A stretch of 64,000 nt of DNA from Azolla caroliniana. Taxonomy: Eukaryota; Plantae; Polypodiophyta. Within the stretch, counting starts at the first letter, position 1. Each line of letters starts with the position of its first letter. Under the pieces are notes generated by a model that worked only from the letters and a program-made list of their open reading frames with translations, searched no databases and was not told where the DNA came from. Location: NCBI GenBank assembly GCA_043228905.1, contig JBHGNT010000001.1, positions 13,144,001 to 13,208,000 on the forward strand. The letters are read 5' to 3'. Of the stretch, positions 61,601-64,000 are shown piece by piece. The position numbers and the translations under genes are program-made.

Positions 61601-64000
61601 GTCGACAGTGCCTCAACCCAAAACTTCTTGGGTAGTTTTGCATGCGCCAACATACTCCGGACCCTCTCCATTATGGTCCGGTTCATCCTCTCGGCCAGCC
61701 CGTTTAGTTCCGGTGTCTTCGGCACGGTAAATTCGAGCCAGATTCCCTTCGAGCGACAGTACTCCTCGAACTGCCCTCGATATTCACCTCCATTATCTGC
61801 TCGAACCACCTTCAGCTTCCAGCCGGTTTCTCTTTCCACTCTCGCGTGGAGCTCTTTGAAGACGGATAACACCTGATCCTTCATCTTCAACGGTGTGGCC
61901 CACAGCTTCCGGCTGTGGTCATCTATGAACGTCACGAAGTACTGCGATCCTGCATGTGACTTCGTGTCCACTTGACACACATCAGTATGCACCAACTCCA
62001 ATGGTGCATTACGTCTCATCGGTGGTCTTGGTCGGAAGGAGGTCCGGTTTTGCTTACCGGCCAAACAATCAGTGCACTTCTCCAAGTGCACGTTCTTCAC
62101 TGGAATGCGGTTGTCTTGTGCCAGCCTCTTCATCCCCTTCTCGCTCATGTGACATAGTCTCTTGTGCCACAGCTCACTAGCAATGTCGGATGTCACGTTC
62201 ACTTCTTCCGGGCATAACAAGGCATTCATTAGGTACAACGTGTTGACTTTCCGGGCCTGAGCCACAATCAGGCTCCCTTTGCTGAACTTCATAACACTGT
62301 TCCGAATGCTACCCGTGTAGCCTTCATCATCTAGCCGACTGGCTGATATCAGGTTCAGACGAACCTCCGGAACGTGTCAGACATCCTTCAACAGCATCTT
62401 GCATCCGGTTGGTGTTGTCAACCACACGTCTCCTATGCCGACAATTCGGCATGTACCTTCATTCCCCATCCGGACACATCCGTGATCACCGGTCGAGTAG
62501 GATGAGAAGCATTTCCGGTCCGGGGTAAGGTGGAACGACGCTCCGGAGTCGACCACCCAGGTCATCTCATCGCCGGCAAGGTTTATCTCACTCTCCTCGG
62601 TGATGAGCATCAACTGTTCTTCACTTGCCACGATTGCCGTCGTTCCCTTCTGGTCTTTACCGTTCAAATTGGTACCGTCGGTTTCCTTGTCTTTCCGGAA
62701 ATGCCGATAGTTCTTCTGGAAGTGTCTCGGCTTGCCGCAATAGAAGCAAGTAGGCCTCCCCCTTGACTTTGACCGTGTCCCCGACTTTTCCCGGTTCTGG
62801 GGACTACGGTTTCTATGTCTTCCGCGTTCCAATTCAGTAAGGAGCGCTTTGGAGTCGGAGCTTGTATCCTTATCTTTCCGATGTGACTCCTCATCTAGCA
62901 AGCTCGACTTCACTCTTGCTAGGGATAACCGTTTCCCTTCCGGCCCGGCGTTGCCCAAAGTGACAACCAATGTCTCCCAACTATCCGGGAGGGAACCGAG
63001 CAGGAGTAGCGCTAGTACCTCATCGACGAGAGGTACTTCCAATGATGTTTCCTGGTGGATCAGCCCCTGGAAGGCATTCATGTGCTCCGCCATGCTGGAG
63101 CCATCTTGGTACCGGAGTCTTACTAGCTTCCGGAATACCAAAACCTGATTAACAACATTTTTGTTTTGAAACATAATGCCGATCTTCTCCCAGAGCTCAT
63201 GAGCCTTGCTCTCTTCATTGAAGTTGTTGTATAAGCTCATGTCGATGAAGCACCGTATGTACGCCGTTGTCTTCATGTGCATCACCTCCCATATCGTGGC
63301 GTCGATTTTGTCCGGTCTCTTGTCCCCGAACTGAACCAGCAACCAAAGATCTTTAACCACGAGCATGTCCCTCATCTTCGACTTCCACACCGAATAGTTG
63401 GAGCCGGTGAGCTTGAACATGCCTCCCAACAAATCGTCCATTTTCTGTGTCGTTTCGCTCTGATACCACTTTGACAGGAACTACACGCTCTCGATGAACA
63501 ACGCTCGGCCACAACCGAGCCTAGAATAAAACACAGAAAACGGGAAATGAACACACGACACAAAGGAGAGAAGAGTACACAGGATGTTTACGTGGAAAAC
63601 CCAAACTCGGGAAAAACCACGGTAGCCCACGGACTGCAAACTATCACTATGTCAAAATGTACAATAAGAAAGCACCGAGGCCACGACCTCGAGCTTGCTA
63701 TCTTCGCCACAAGCGGCAGTTACAATCAGAGGCAACGACCTCTTCCTCTCTCTCACTCCCTCTGTACACAATTGCACGCTCTAATCTTGCACCAACAAGA
63801 ATGACAACAACCACTCAAAAAAGGGTTTGCCCTAAGTCATATTTATACTAATATGACTTTTCGGCTATTTACAAATATAGCCCCGATGGACTCTCAGAAA
63901 CATATTTACAAATATGTCCCTTCATCCGGTGAGCACTTCTCACCGGCCCTTCACCATCCGGCTCTTGCCGAGTACTCCTCATCCGGTTCTCACTGGGTCC
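58674..64000 (-). mobile_element. Tnt1/Tork-like copia K (3' LTR 58674-59417; 5' LTR from 63472 running off the window; iMet PBS 63457-63468)
   Basis: Closely similar LTR pair, GCTCTGATACCA PBS, PPT, and Tnt1-like motifs VWTGKEVSYRHLKVFGC and GYGDDEFGYRVWD. Confidence 0.95.
59428..63441 (-). pseudogene. gag-pol of K, single frame with two premature stops (62377-62379 and 59557-59559)
   Basis: ORFs 62377-63441 and 59557-62292 are in the same frame. gag-PR-IN-RT(LYVDD)-RH, natural stop at 59428. Confidence 0.9.

Overview
Eukaryotic land-plant genomic DNA. The TE repertoire suggests a non-seed plant such as a fern or lycophyte (inference). Roughly 85% of the window is deeply nested LTR retrotransposons around one intact intron-containing host gene (C2H2 zinc-finger protein, minus strand, CDS 47755-51461). 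Left block (1-41132): copia element C contains copia B, which contains copia A, which contains a gypsy-type element X. C also contains copia D, which contains Tcn1-like chromovirus E, which contains chromovirus F. C further carries a gag-only element G, and solo LTRs sit in B, C and D. Next come a degraded Tnt1/Tork-like copia (L), the host gene, and a second nest (copia I > gypsy J > Tork-like copia K). The most interesting signals are: (1) a tRNA-Trp-primed gypsy group (X, G, J and two solo LTRs) with TGTC...ACA ends and 4-bp TSDs, whose five insertion sites are all centred on a CpG; it comprises a candidate autonomous element (J) and a gag-only partner (G); (2) antisense tRNA-like Pol III A/B-box modules inside several unrelated LTRs; (3) a U3 module shared between a gypsy LTR and a copia LTR; (4) a hairpin array plus putative intron in the 1.7-kb leader of F; (5) a copia family with two PPTs and an in-frame pol tail. 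All calls were made by eye and no database searches were run.
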